A stretch of DNA of 64,000 bases. It comes from Scyliorhinus canicula. Lineage: Eukaryota. Under the pieces are notes generated by a model. It ran no database searches and was not told the DNA's origin. It was given only the letters and a program-made list of their open reading frames with translations. The position numbers were made by a program, and so were the translations under genes. Positions 12,042 to 23,725 of the stretch are shown here, piece by piece (the first letter of the stretch is position 1; every line of letters starts with the position of its first letter). The stretch is taken from NCBI RefSeq assembly GCF_902713615.1, contig NW_024055461.1:1287877-1351876 (forward strand), given 5' to 3'.

Positions 12042-12459
12042 GGTTTCTTCCTCCAATTGTGATTTAAATGTACAGCCGCTTAATTAATGGAGCTTCCACT
12101 TTGCTGATCTGCTCAATGAGACCCGGATTTCTACAGGTCTCGGCACCAAGTCTGATACAACCAGAGCTCCCAGCTCAGATACACCCTGGGTTAGAGACAG
12201 AGTAAAACTGATTCATTCCAAGATTCAGCAAAATATCTTCATTGACTTTCCTCCAGCTGAGGAGAAATCGGACAATTCCCCATTTCAGACAAATAAACAC
12301 CACATTTAAATCTCGGTGTTCCTGCTTCTCTCATTGTCCATCCCTTTAAAATTAATGTCAGCTTTAAGTTGCTGTATCACACCCACTGGGAACTGAATTG
12401 AGGGTCACACAGAAACATGGACCAACAATTCCCCATCAAAGAGAGGGGAAAGTGAAATT

Positions 12460-13330
12460 GTTCATCCACTGTACCCCCACTTCCCCAACAGAGAGGGGGA
12501 GGGGCTTTAGTTAATCCACTGTACCCCCACTTCCCCAATAGAGAGAGGGGGAGGGGCATTAGTTAATCCACTGTGCCCCGACTTCACCAACAAAGAGGGG
12601 GAGGGGCATTAGGCAATCCACTGTACCCCCACTTCCTCAACAGAGAGAGGGAGGGGCATTAGTTAATCCACTGTACCCCCACTTCCCCAATAGAGAGAGG
12701 GGGAGGGGCATTAGTTAATGCACTTTACCCCCTCTTCCCCAATAGCGAGAGGGGGAGGGGCATTAGTTAATCCACTGTACCCCTACTTCCTCAACAGAGG
12801 GAGGGGGAGGGCATTAGTTAATCCACTTTACCCCCACTTCCCCAATAGAGAGAGGGGAGGGGCATTAGTTAATCCACTGTAACCCAATTCCACAGCAAAG
12901 AGAGGAAAAGGGGCATTACTTAATGCACTGTACCCCCACTTCCCAGGCAAAGAGAGGGGTAGGGGCATAAGTTAAGACAGTGTACCTCCACTTCCCCAGC
13001 AAAGAGAGGGGGAGGGGCATTAGTTAACACACTGTACCTCAATTTCCCCAGCAAAGAGAGCGGAGGGGCATTAGTTAACACACTGTACCTCACTTCCCCA
13101 GCAAAGAGAGGGGGAGGGACATTAGTTAACACACTGTACCCTCACTTCCTCAGCAAAGAGACGGTGGGGCCTGAGTAATCCACTGTGCACCCGCTTCCAA
13201 CAATGAGTGGAGCAGCATTATTTAATCCACTGTTCCCACACGTCCCCAACAAAGAGAGCAAAGGGGCAATACTAACCCACTTTACCTCCACTATCCCGAC
13301 CAAAAGAGGAGGAAGGTGATGAGTGAATTC
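12460..13330. repeat. about 60-bp minisatellite between the secretory poly(A) site and TM1
   Basis: TTAGTTAATCCACTGTACCCCCACTTCCCCAATAGAGAGAGGGGGAGGGGCA-type units, decaying toward the 3' end. Confidence 0.9.
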
Positions 13331-13779
13331 TCTGTATCTCCACCTCCAGCAGGGAGAACCCAAAGGGAATTTGCTGAGCTGACCAGAGAGAGGGAGATTA
13401 TTAACTCAATATCTTCCCAGTCCCCAAGCAGGGAGTTTGGAAGTAAACGGTCCCCCAGACTAAGAATTCAGTTACTGACATAACAAGATGGCATTTAGCT
13501 TACTGGCTGAAGGGTTTAAAAGACCATCATGATCAAGATGTTCTTAAAATATCTATTTATGCAACAGAATTCCTTTAGCGCCCTTGTTCCTCTTATCGGT
13601 ATGCTGAGACCGATTCCCCATAATCTAAATCCAGACTGGTGATTGAATTCTCCCTGGGTTTTCACTGTTCCCTCCTGAGGCACCTCCTTGTATTTTTGCA
13701 TTCGGTCACCGGATGTCAGCTTGCAACTCACACAAAACACATTTATGAGCAGAAAGTTCAACATGATCTACATCGGTAC

Positions 13780-14360
13780 CAATAATACCCACAACTGGCA
13801 AAGCTACAGGCAGCTGATACAAATACACAGACAGATAAACAGACACAGACACTATACATACATGCACACAGACCCACAAACATACACATGCTCACACGTA
13901 GACACAAACACACACATGGACACACACATAGAAACACATGCATAAACATACACCCAGGCACAACGAACCACACATATTTTGACACAAAACACACGCAAAC
14001 GTGCGCAAAAAATCACAAACATGCACATAAACACAAATAAACACATGTTTATACACACACAGACACACGTGCACATCCACGCATACACACACAAATCCAC
14101 ACACACAAGCGGCTACACAAATGTACACAAACAGACACATACAACCACATGTCCACACAGATACACAAACATATGAAACGAGACAAGCAGACTGACTGAA
14201 GAATATGAAACACAAATGTAACCAACAACATATACAATCGCACAATTACACGATGACAGACAACCAGAGACAATAATCCACACTAACACACTTATGGTCA
14301 CACATGGACACATATTAGCATACCCATACACATTCTAGCACAAACACACATTAGTGCACC
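13780..14360. repeat. (CA)n-rich low-complexity tract
   Basis: Degenerate ACACAC/ATAC repeats. Confidence 0.85.
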
Positions 14361-14414
14361 TAGAGGCATCAATACACATCAATAGATAGTTATAAACATT
14401 CATCAACGCATAAA

Positions 14415-14743
14415 TAGCACTGCTGCCTCACAGCGCCATAAACCCGGGTTCGATTCCATCCTTGGGTGATTGTCTGTGTAGAGTTTCCACGTTCTGCCGT
14501 GCCTGTTCCCGTTTCCGCCGCCTGCTCCGGTTTCCTCCCACAGTCCAAAGATGTGCAGGTTAGGTGGATTGGCCAGGCTGTATTACCCCTTAATGCCCAC
14601 AACGTTAGGTGGGGTTACCAGGTTCTGGGGACAGGGCAGGGGCATGCGTCCAGGCAGAGTGCTCTTTGGGAGGGTCGGTGCAGACCCAATGGGCCGAATA
14701 GCCTCATTCGGCACAGTAGGGATTATATGATGATGATTCTATG
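14415..14743 (+). mobile_element. HE1/V-SINE-type tRNA-derived SINE
   Basis: B box GGTTCGATTCC, V-domain GGTTTCCTCCCACAGTCCAAAGATGTGCAGGTTAGG, CR1-like tail. Confidence 0.85.
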
Positions 14744-15142
14744 ATGAAATACACGCATCAACAAACACACACACACACAAACGCACTTATCCAGACACAA
14801 ACATTAAGACCCTGACATGCATGTTGAACGTATAAAGACACATTAACACTTTTATTACTGGGCAGGTAAGTATAAACTCATATTAACACAGACATTAATA
14901 TATAAACATAGTCTTCAACACACAAACACACACAATAAACACTCATATATACACATTGACAGAAGATAAACAAAGTTCTCATTCAGGCACCGACACACAA
15001 ATACACAGATCAATACTCATTGACACATGAACACACACAATGGCACTTATAAAGACATCAGGATACACAAAAGAAGACTAAAGTAAAACACAAATTTCGC
15101 ATCTACACAGACACAAAAGATAAAGAACAAACACAAACGTCA

Positions 15143-15328
15143 GGCAATGGCGGCATAGTGGTTAGCACTGCTGCTTCACGCCACCATGGACCTAGGGTTG
15201 ATCCCGCTCCTCGGTCTGTGTCACAGTGGAGTTTCCCCATGACCCGTGGGTCCCACCCCGACAACCCAAAGATGTGCAGGCCAGGTGGATTGGCCACGCT
15301 AACTTGCCCCTTAATTGGAAGAAAAAAG
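15143..15328 (+). mobile_element. V-SINE (short subfamily)
   Basis: GTGGTTAGCACTGCTGC head, CCCAAAGATGTGCAGG core, AATTGGAAGAAAAA end. Confidence 0.75.
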
Positions 15329-15492
15329 TTACAGAGATCGATTTCTGAGTGTCATGAACTCAACTTTAGATATGCAATGACAAATATATTAAAGAATGAA
15401 TTAGCAGAGGGAGAAAATGAAACGAGAATATTAAAAACAAAACGTGTATTAACAAAAAATCTGATTATATTTATTCGGCTCTATCCTCATAG

Positions 15493-15620
15493 ACACCACA
15501 GACCACACCTGGACTGAAGAAAATGAGGATGATAACGGGAACATCTGGACAACCGCTTCCACATTCATCACCCTGTTCGTCCTGAGCATTTCCTACAGCG
15601 CTGCAGTCACTCTGGTGAAG
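15493..15620 (+). CDS. IGHM: IgM transmembrane exon TM1
   Basis: Acceptor CTATCCTCATAG, donor AAG|GTGAGA. Encodes (D)TTDHTWTEENEDDNGNIWTTASTFITLFVLSISYSAAVTLVK with the conserved antigen-receptor TM motif; in frame with the Cmu4 donor at 11937. Confidence 0.95.
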
Positions 15621-15758
15621 GTGAGAAGATTCAATCCACTCACACATCAAACTGACAGAAGTCGTTTAAAAACACTAAATGTTTGATTGATTAAAAACTC
15701 TAACATCAATGTCCCAGATCATAAACATCTGTTTCATCATTTTCTCTCTCTTTTACAG

Positions 15759-15767
15759 ATCAAGTGA
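15759..15767 (+). CDS. IGHM: IgM TM2 exon (IK-stop)
   Basis: Acceptor TTTCTCTCTCTTTTACAG then ATC AAG TGA, giving cytoplasmic tail KIK; AATAAA at 15831. Confidence 0.85.
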   Translation: MK

Positions 15768-16559
15768 TCGGTTGACGTTCGGACGCTGTAGATTCCCCTC
15801 AGCTGTTTATTATGATCTGTGTGTGACAGAAATAAAATATCTCCTCTTGGTGACTCTAACAGTAAAATTCTCTCAGTTTATATTCTGCATCTGTAACTGA
15901 GACAATCATGGACAGTATTTCTGCTTTTCAGTTTAAAATGTACGAGATAATTTTGGCTGTATTGTAATTGTAGCTAGTAATTTCTCTCAATGTCATGTCT
16001 AAATAAGTAATTTACCTCGTACCTTATTTACAACAGTTACCTTCCCTTTGTGTTGAGCTCCTGTTCTCTCTTGTGTCTGTTACAGTTGTACATACATTTG
16101 GCAGCTCAGAGGGCGTGTGTTCTGTTCTCACTGTGACCCTCAATCGTTATGTTCCCTTTTGTAAACATCAAAATAAACTTTTGTGTAATATTTTCTCTGA
16201 AATTTTAATAAATATTGAATGAAAAATGAAGACAGTAAGATTAATCTGAACTCCTTTCTCTTAGGTCCATCGGCACCGCCCCACTTCGCCGATTATACAG
16301 TTGTCTCCCCTTTCCCAGACAGATATTTCTCACCAGTCCTGTCTGGGATGTGTCCGAACTTAAGGCCCCTCAGTGAAAGAGCCACTGCGCCACCAAGCGG
16401 CCCATCCGGGTAAAGCCAACTTCACCTTTGCCGTTTTATGGTAAACTCCAGAGACAGAATGATTTCACAGCTGATGGAAGAAATGTCTCCTCACCTCTGT
16501 CCTAAATTTTAACCCCTACCTCTGAGAATATGCCTCTGGTCCCAGACTCTCCCACAAGA

Positions 16560-16870
16560 GGAAACAAGATGATTGTTCAGGCTGTGTAACTGTTTCAAGC
16601 TCTTTCCACAGTCAGTTCACTGGAACACTCTCACTCAGGTGTGTGTGTGTGTCGGGGCGTTTCCAATCACACTGATGTCTGAAATCTCTTCCCACAGTCA
16701 GAACAGACAATCACATTGACAGTTTGATATTTAGATGCTAATGAATTGAGTGACTGTCAGATCTTGATGTTATATTTGGTTCGAGTTGCCCAGCTGCCAA
16801 TCCTCCCGTTCTAATGCCTGAAAAAGAAGTTTACAAAAATGATCACTAGAAGAACAGGGTAGAAATTCAC
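16560..16870 (-). pseudogene. remnant of a C2H2-ZNF gene 5' exon
   Basis: The reverse complement resembles the degenerate-finger leader at 23480-23640 (TTTGTC...TGTGGGAAGAGATTTCAGACATCAGTGTGA...GAGTGAGAGTGTTCCAGTGAACT). Confidence 0.6.
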
Positions 16871-17359
16871 AACAGCTCATTTTAGTTTCTATCAAACCTT
16901 CTTTCCTCTCTTGCTTTCCCCAAGCATGTGGTCCAGTCAAAATAAAAGACCAAAATCAGCTAGAAGCCCCAACAAAAGTGTGACTGCCTGTGCGGAGTCT
17001 GCCTGTTCCCACCGTGTCTGCGTGGGTTTCCTCCTGGTGCTCCGGTTTCCTCCCACAGTCCAAAGATGTGCAGGTCAGGTGTGGCCATGCTAAATTGCCC
17101 TTATGTTAGATGGGGTTGCTAGGTTACAGGGATAGGGTGGAGGTGTGGTCTTAAGTTGGGTGCTCTTTCCAAGAGCCGGTGCAGACACGATGGGCCGAAT
17201 GGCCTCCTTCTGCACTATAAATTCTATGATGGTATCTCTATGTATTGAACAATCCAGGGAGGTGGGAGAGAGGCAGGGAAATGAGAGCCGGAAGGAAGGC
17301 ACGAGATGCATTAACGAACATGGTATCTCCAGGAGTCGGGGACGAGGAGAATAAAGATG

Positions 17360-17703
17360 GGGGCAGCAGGGTAGCATGGTGGTTAGCATAAATGCTTCAC
17401 AGCTCCAGGGTCCCAGGTTCGATTCCCGGCTGGGTCACTGTCTGTGTGGAGTCTGCACGTCCTCCCCCTGTGTGCGTGGGTTTCCTCCGGGTGTTCCGGT
17501 ATCCTCCCACAGTCCAAAGATGTGCGGGTTAGGTGGATTGGCCATGCTAAATTGCCCGTAGTGTCCTAATGAAAGTAAGGTTAAGGGGAGTGTTGTTGGG
17601 TTACGGGTATAGGGTGGATACGTGGGTTTGAGTAGGGTGATCATGGCTCGGCACAACATTGAGGGCCGAAGGGCCTGTTCTGTGCTGTACTGTTCTATGT
17701 TCT
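17360..17703 (+). mobile_element. full-length young V-SINE
   Basis: tRNA head, V-domain and (GTTCTAT)n tail; nearly identical to the minus-strand copy at 58070-58427. Confidence 0.9.
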
Positions 17704-17704
17704 A

Positions 17705-18190
17705 TGAAAGACAGGAGCAACGGCAGAAGCGGAGGTGAGCGCAAGACGGCAGCGAGATCCGTCCGGGAGAAGCAAGCGACAACACCAACACCAAACCCAT
17801 TCGAGTATTGCTCACTGTAATTGTTTCTCCGGCAGCCGAATGTATATTTACCTCCCCAATCTCTCCCCCCTCACCGCCCCCCTCCCCCCCCCCCCCCCCC
17901 GCCCGCAAACAGTCGTTTACTTGTGTATTGTAAATTAGTTTGCCAGGTGTACAGAGTTGCTGCTGTTGAGCTGGTGCACAATACCCTACCAGTTATTCTA
18001 TTTTATTTTTTATTGTATTTTAAAAAATTATTCACTATTTTCTTTTCTTTGGTATGTTGGGTGTGTCCTTCTCTTCTACACATGTGTGTGTATATATATA
18101 TATATTAATATATGTTTCTTATCCTGTGTACATAACGGTAAATATACTTTGTTCAAAAACCCAATAAAAAACATTTACCAAAAAAAAATG
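17705..18190 (+). mobile_element. probable L1/Tx1 3' end with poly(A)
   Basis: C-run and T-rich UTR ending in AATAAAAAACATTTACCAAAAAAAAA. Confidence 0.55.
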
Positions 18191-18239
18191 TATTGAACAA
18201 TCAGCGAGTCAGCCTGAAATCTGCCTCACAATGCCCGGG

Positions 18240-18620
18240 TGATTGACGGCAGCTCCGGACCAATAGGAAGTGGAGGGGCGGTACTGGAGGGCCGAACGGC
18301 AGCGGCTGGTCCTCCAACCAATCGGAGTGAATGAGGGGCGGGGCCCGCTGTGTTTGAAGCATGCGCAGTGTGGGTAATGGCGATGTAGAAGGATGTCTTT
18401 CAGATCGGAAATCGGTATGAGGCGTTTAACAATACGGAGGGAGCGAGAGATCGCGGGGGTGGGCGGAAACGTTGTTTAAAGCTGTTGCAATCGCAAACCT
18501 CTGAAATGTTTACGGGACCCAGTTTGTACGGAGCGGGGCTGCAGCTCCTCATCTTCGGCTCGAGTTAACGGCCGCCATCTTTATTGGATGTGCATCAGGG
18601 CGCATGCGCGTTTCTCATCT
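18240..18620. promoter_or_regulatory. ZNF-gene CpG promoter module (CCAAT, GC box, NRF1-like and YY1-like sites); paralogues at about 45240-45560, 52940-53130 plus 54412-54860 (split by a MITE), 60400-60810 and 62620-63060
   Basis: CCAAT at 18260 and 18318, GGGGCGGGG at about 18335, GCATGCGC at 18359 and about 18602, ATGGCG at about 18377, GCCGCCATCTT at 18571. Confidence 0.65.
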
Positions 18621-20268
18621 TTGTCGGGGCAATGTCACAATGAGTGGGAGGAGCTTGTTCCCCATTGTTCAGAATGGAGACAACCTGTCCGTCAAACTGG
18701 ATTAGTCTTTCAGTCCCAATGTCTTATTGATGATGCAAAGCGGTGGCAGAGATGGAAAGAAAAGGAAGCCAATCCTGCTCTCCAGATTTCGCTGTCTCAT
18801 TGTCCATCCTGTCCCATGTGTCCAAAGCTCTGTGGCCCTGTTCAGCCACATGAAGACCCAGGGCAGAAACTCACAACCCTACGTCAGCATGACCCTCAAA
18901 TCAGGGGACTGCTGATGACGAGGGTCAGTGTGCAGCGGGGCCGGGGGGGGGGCGAGGCGGCATGAGCTGTAATCCTGGACCAGGGAGCAGGAAGAGAGGT
19001 CATTGTGAATTTCTATACTGAACTGACTAATTGATTTTGGAAACTCCTTTTATAAGGGATTAGTCGGGGAGGATTTACACACAGCAAACTCAAACCAGGA
19101 GAAATGATTATCTTTCCTGAATTTTATTTCTGGACTGACAGTGATGCCTTTGTAAACTTCTTTCACAGGGGCTGAGAAAGGGATTCGCAGACAGGAAACT
19201 CACAACCAATCCTCACATCAAATTCTGACAGCACTTTTCTGGTGATCAGGACCTGGAGATTATCGACCTTTGTGTGTAAGCATTGAGTTCAAATCATTAC
19301 CACACTGTGTAAATTTTCTTCCTCATATCTCCCCTGTAGATCTTGCTCACAATCTTAAATCTGTGTCCCATAATCCTTTTACAATCTGCTATTGAACAGC
19401 TTTTCTTTATCTTTTGCTGGGTTTGCTGTTGTAATTTCCGGTGCCTGGGTCGCTGCCGGGAGGTCTGTCCGTTTTCATTCCCTTTTCCTGTTTTTGTAGT
19501 GGTTGAATGGGCTTGGACCAGTTCATTTAAGATCCAGAAAACAGTTGAAATCTCCTCCAAGAATTAGTTGATGTGTATCCATGTATGGGGGAACAATTCT
19601 TTTTACAAATGCCACATTGTCCTAGTTAGGGGCATAGCCATTCACCAGCATCACCAAGGTACCCGCCAACCACCCACTGACCACCATGGTTGAATGGTGG
19701 AGTGGACTCGATGGGCCGAATGGCCTTACTTCCACTCCTATGTCTTATGGTCTTATGGTTACACTGCTGCCTCACGGCACTGGGATCCCAGGTTTGGGTC
19801 ACTGTCTGTGTGGAGTTTGCACATTCTCCCCGTGTTTGCCTTGGTTTTGGCTCCACAACCCAAAGATGTCCAGGGTAGGTGGATTGGCCACGCTAAATTG
19901 CCCCTCAATCGGAAAAAATGAGTTGGGCACTCTAAATTCATATTTTAAAAAAACATTAACACTGCAATGAAGTTACTGTGAAAAGCCGCTGGTCGCCACA
20001 TCCTGGTGCCTGTTTGGGTACACAGAGGGAGAATTCAGAATGTCCAAATGACTTAACAGCATGTCTTTCGTGACTAGTGAGATTAAACCAGAGCACCCGG
20101 AGGAAACCCACGTAGACACAGGGAGAACATGCAGACTCCGCACAGACAGTGACCCAAGCCAGGAATCGCACCTGGAATCCTGGAGCTGTGAAGAAACAGT
20201 ATTACCCACTGTGCTACAGTTACTACCCGTTAAAACATGTTGCTTGGCCAACAGAAAACATTATCAAA

Positions 20269-20358
20269 GGGCTTGTCCGGGATTTGAACCCGGGGCCTCC
20301 CGCAAATTTCGAAACCAAAACACCCGAAGCGAGAATCATACTCCCAGACCAACGAGCC
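20269..20358 (-). tRNA. tRNA-Pro(CGG)-like gene or pseudogene with an 18-nt intron
   Basis: Minus strand reads GGCTCGTTGGTCTGGGAGTATGATTCTCGCTT-CGG-G[TGTTTTGGTTTCGAAATT]TGCGGGAGGCCCCGGGTTCAAATCCCGGACAAGCCC. Removing the intron (20305-20322) leaves a 72-nt tRNA-Pro with a few substitutions. TTTT lies just downstream. Confidence 0.85.
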
Positions 20359-20360
20359 CC

Positions 20361-20535
20361 TCAATGAAGGCAGTCGCCTCCTCTGGAGTCTCAAAATCAA
20401 AGTCTTTGGACTCATCTGCAACTCATAGCTTTGCTGGGTAAACCACCCCGAATGGAACTCCTTTCTTCGATAGAGCAGCCTGAACCTTATTAAATGCCGC
20501 TCGCTTCCTCGCCAACTCGGCTCCCACATCTTGGT
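20361..20535 (-). mobile_element. L1-type ORF1p C-terminal fragment
   Basis: Minus strand translates to IYQDVGAELARKRAAFNKVQAALSKKGVPFGVVYPAKL*...FETPEEATAF, resembling an L1 ORF1 C-terminal domain. Confidence 0.7.
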
Positions 20536-21170
20536 AAATCCTCACTAGGATAACTGAGTGAATCCCTTCCCACACTTAGAACAGGCGAATGGTCTGTCGC
20601 GGGTGTGACGGTGATGATGAATTTCCAACTCACAGGAGATCTGAATCCCTTCCCACAGTCCCCACATTTCCATGGTTACAGCATGCTGCTGGTGTCCTTG
20701 TCCCTCTCCAAGTTTGACGATCAGTTGAACTCAAGTGTGTGTGTATCGGGTCTTTTTTCAGTAACGCTGATCTTTTTAAAAAATAAATTTAGAGTATCCA
20801 TTTTTTTTTCCAATTAAGGAGCAATTTAGCATGTCCAATCCACCTACCCTGCACATCTTTGGGTTGTGGGGCTGAAACCCACGCAAACACGGGGAGAATG
20901 TGCAAACTCCACACGGACAGTGACCTGGGGCCGAGATCGAACCTGAGACCTCGGCACCGTGAGGCAGCAGTCCCAGTCACACTGATGTTGAAAATCTTTT
21001 CCTACAGACAGAGCAGACAAACATTTCTTCGTCTACATTCACAGGCCAATGATATTCAGGTCCTGATGAATGGAGTGACTCTGTTAAATCTTGCTGTGAA
21101 GTTTGATTTGAGTTTCCATTTGTAAATCCTCCCCTTGTAATATCCTGTAAGAGGAGTTTATAAAAGTCAT
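20536..21170 (-). pseudogene. truncated C2H2-ZNF pseudogene interrupted by a SINE (about 20780-20975)
   Basis: Minus strand WKCGDCGKGF... and [12 protein letters not shown] remnants; leader exon at 20980-21165. Confidence 0.75.
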
Positions 21171-21684
21171 TAGGGGCAGGCACGGTGGCTCAGTGGTTAG
21201 CCGAGATCCCGGGTTTGATCCCGGGTCACTGTCCATATGGACTTAGCACATTCTCCCCTTGTCAGCATGGGTTTCAATCCAAAAAGATGTGACGGATAAA
21301 ATTACCCCTTAATTGGGACAAAATACAATTTTGTACTCTATATTTAATAAAAAAAACAATCGTCAGCACTCAGTCCAGGATAGAAATTCTGAACAGACAA
21401 TTCTAGTTTCTCTGGAACATTGTTTGCTCTCTTGTTTCCCCCAAAGCTGTAAATCCCCGTCCCACACACTCTCCCTCCTCCCTGGGCTGAAATCCAAACC
21501 CATCTGCACCATTTCTTTCCTCCACTCCCAGTTTTCTCCCTCCCTCTCCTCTGCCTGGGTTCAGTTCTCCAGCTCCTGTCTGCAAACTGACAATAAAACC
21601 AATGGGTCTTATTGGGGACTCCAGCGGGTGTTTGTGAATACTCCCTGTCTACCTCCCTGGGTTTCCTTCCTCCCCACAGACCAG

Positions 21685-22113
21685 GGCCGCGATTCTCTGG
21701 TCCGGCGTCAGAGTGCCGGCGCCAAAACAGGAGTACTTTACTCCAGCGCAGGTTCCGAGACCCGATTCCCGGGTGCTGGGGGGTCCAGCACGGCGCTGAA
21801 GTGGCCCATCCCCCACAGGCCGCCCCCGGACCGTTCAACCCCGAGGTCCAGCCGGGCCCAGAGCATATTAGAACAGCGCCGGCGGGACTAGGATTTTTTC
21901 AGTCGGCCGGTCGATCCATTCGGGCTGGAGAATCGCGGCACCGCCGGAGAATCGCCGCTATGGCTGTTTGCGGCGATTCTCCGTGCGGCCCAGCACCATG
22001 CGCGCCTGCCCGATTTTTTTATGGGTGGGAGAATGGCGTTGAGGTGGCATGGCGCAATTCGCGCAGTCCCCTGCCGATTCTCCGGCCCGGCAGGGGGTCG
22101 GAGAATCGCGACC
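21685..22113. mobile_element. GC-rich MITE, probably PIF/Harbinger type
   Basis: TIRs GGCCGCGATTCTC ... GAGAATCGCGACC; CAG at or overlapping both ends (possible 3-bp CWG TSD). Confidence 0.7.
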
Positions 22114-23725
22114 AGAGTCCTCTGATGATTTGAGCCCAACCTCGAATCACTCGAATTAATTTCCATTTAATTGGGAAACAAAATTAAATGAAATTTCGTG
22201 GCTCCACAAAGTGTTTCCAACTCCTGCCTCCCACCCCGTTAACAGGTGGATGCAATTATTTTTCTTACTGAAAGGGTGGTCTCTGGGGCCATGGTAGTGC
22301 TGTGGTTAGCACTGCTGCCTAATGGTGCTGAGGATCCAGACTCGATCCCGGCCCCGGGTCACTATCCATGTGGAGTTTACACATTCTCCCCGTCTCTGCG
22401 TGTGTCTCACCTTCACAACCCAAAGATGTGCAGGGTAGGTGATTTGAACAAGCTAATTTTGCACCTTAATTGGAATAAAAAGTTGGTTACTCCAAATATA
22501 TTTTTAAAAACTCTTTCCTAATGTTTACAATGAAAGGTGTGGGTACCCCAGGAGAGGGCTACATTTCAGGGACAGTAAATGGACAGGTATCCGTCTCATG
22601 TTCTTATCTGGTACAGATTAGATATATTAATTACAGTTCCGTAATAAAATTCATAATTATTTCTCGCCATGTACTATAAGACTGTAGCTATGTTATAGAT
22701 TTCCAGCTATCTCTTCCCTCAGAGGGTTGTGTTGGATTTCTCTTCCACAGGGACCAGTTGTATCTGGGGGTCATTGAATATATTGAACCACAAGTTAGAC
22801 AGATATTTTATTGACAATGGAGTTAAGGGTTACGGGGAACATGTAGGAAAATAGCGTGAAAGCTGAGATGAGGAGGGATTTCTTCACTCGAGGATGTGGT
22901 GAAGCTTTGGTATTCCCCAGAGGAATATGGAGCCTCAGCCATTAGGTATGTTCAAGACAAATATTGACAGGTTTCTAGATGTTGAAGATATCGAGGGATA
23001 TGGGGATCATGTGGGAAAATGGTGCTGAGGTAGATCAGCCAAGGATCTCATTGAATGGTTGAGCAGACTCGGTGGGCCGAATGGCCTACACTTGATCCTA
23101 TTATAATCTCTGCGTCCTGGTCAGGAAGCAGTGAGCTGAACTTGGATCTGTAAATCAACATGAATCAGCCCTTCAGGAGAATTGGGAGGGTGAATATTAG
23201 ATACAGCAGAGTGAGAATGGAGGGAGATTGTGTCGGATGGAGATTTACAGATTTTGGAAAAGGAGAGGAAATTATATTCCATAGGAAGTAGAATTGTCTT
23301 CTGAGTTTCTATCCTGTAATAACAGTGATGACTTTCGTAAATTGTTTTTAAAGGATATTAGAAGAGGAGGAATTATAGACAGAAATCTCAAACATCACGT
23401 CTCGATGTGACAAACTCACTCGATTCCTTCTGATCTGAAAACAACGGGCTCTGAACATCATCGACGAGAAGGAGAAATTTTTGTCCGATCTTTCGGCGTC
23501 AAAAGATTTGAAATATCAGTGTGACTGGAAAAGCACCGAGACCCACACCACACATCCGAGTGAGAGAGTTCCAGTGAACTCACTGTGAAAAGAGCTTCAA
23601 CCAGACACACGGCCTGAAAAAAACATCACACCATTCACACTGAGGAGAGACAGTGCACATGTTCTGTGTGTAGACAAGGCTTCAACTGATTGTCCAATCT
23701 CGAGAGACACGAGGAGACCCAAAAC

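Noticed and set aside
13688-14331. Cys/Val- and His/Thr-rich ORFs
   Set aside because: Translations of (CA/TG)n low-complexity sequence.
15759-15767. KIK instead of the usual KVK cytoplasmic tail
   Set aside because: A conservative change with no evident consequence.
16265-16409. Possible extra exon after TM2 (AG...GT bounded, Pro-rich)
   Set aside because: It lies downstream of the membrane poly(A) signals, is 145 nt and phase-asymmetric, and has no recognisable homology.
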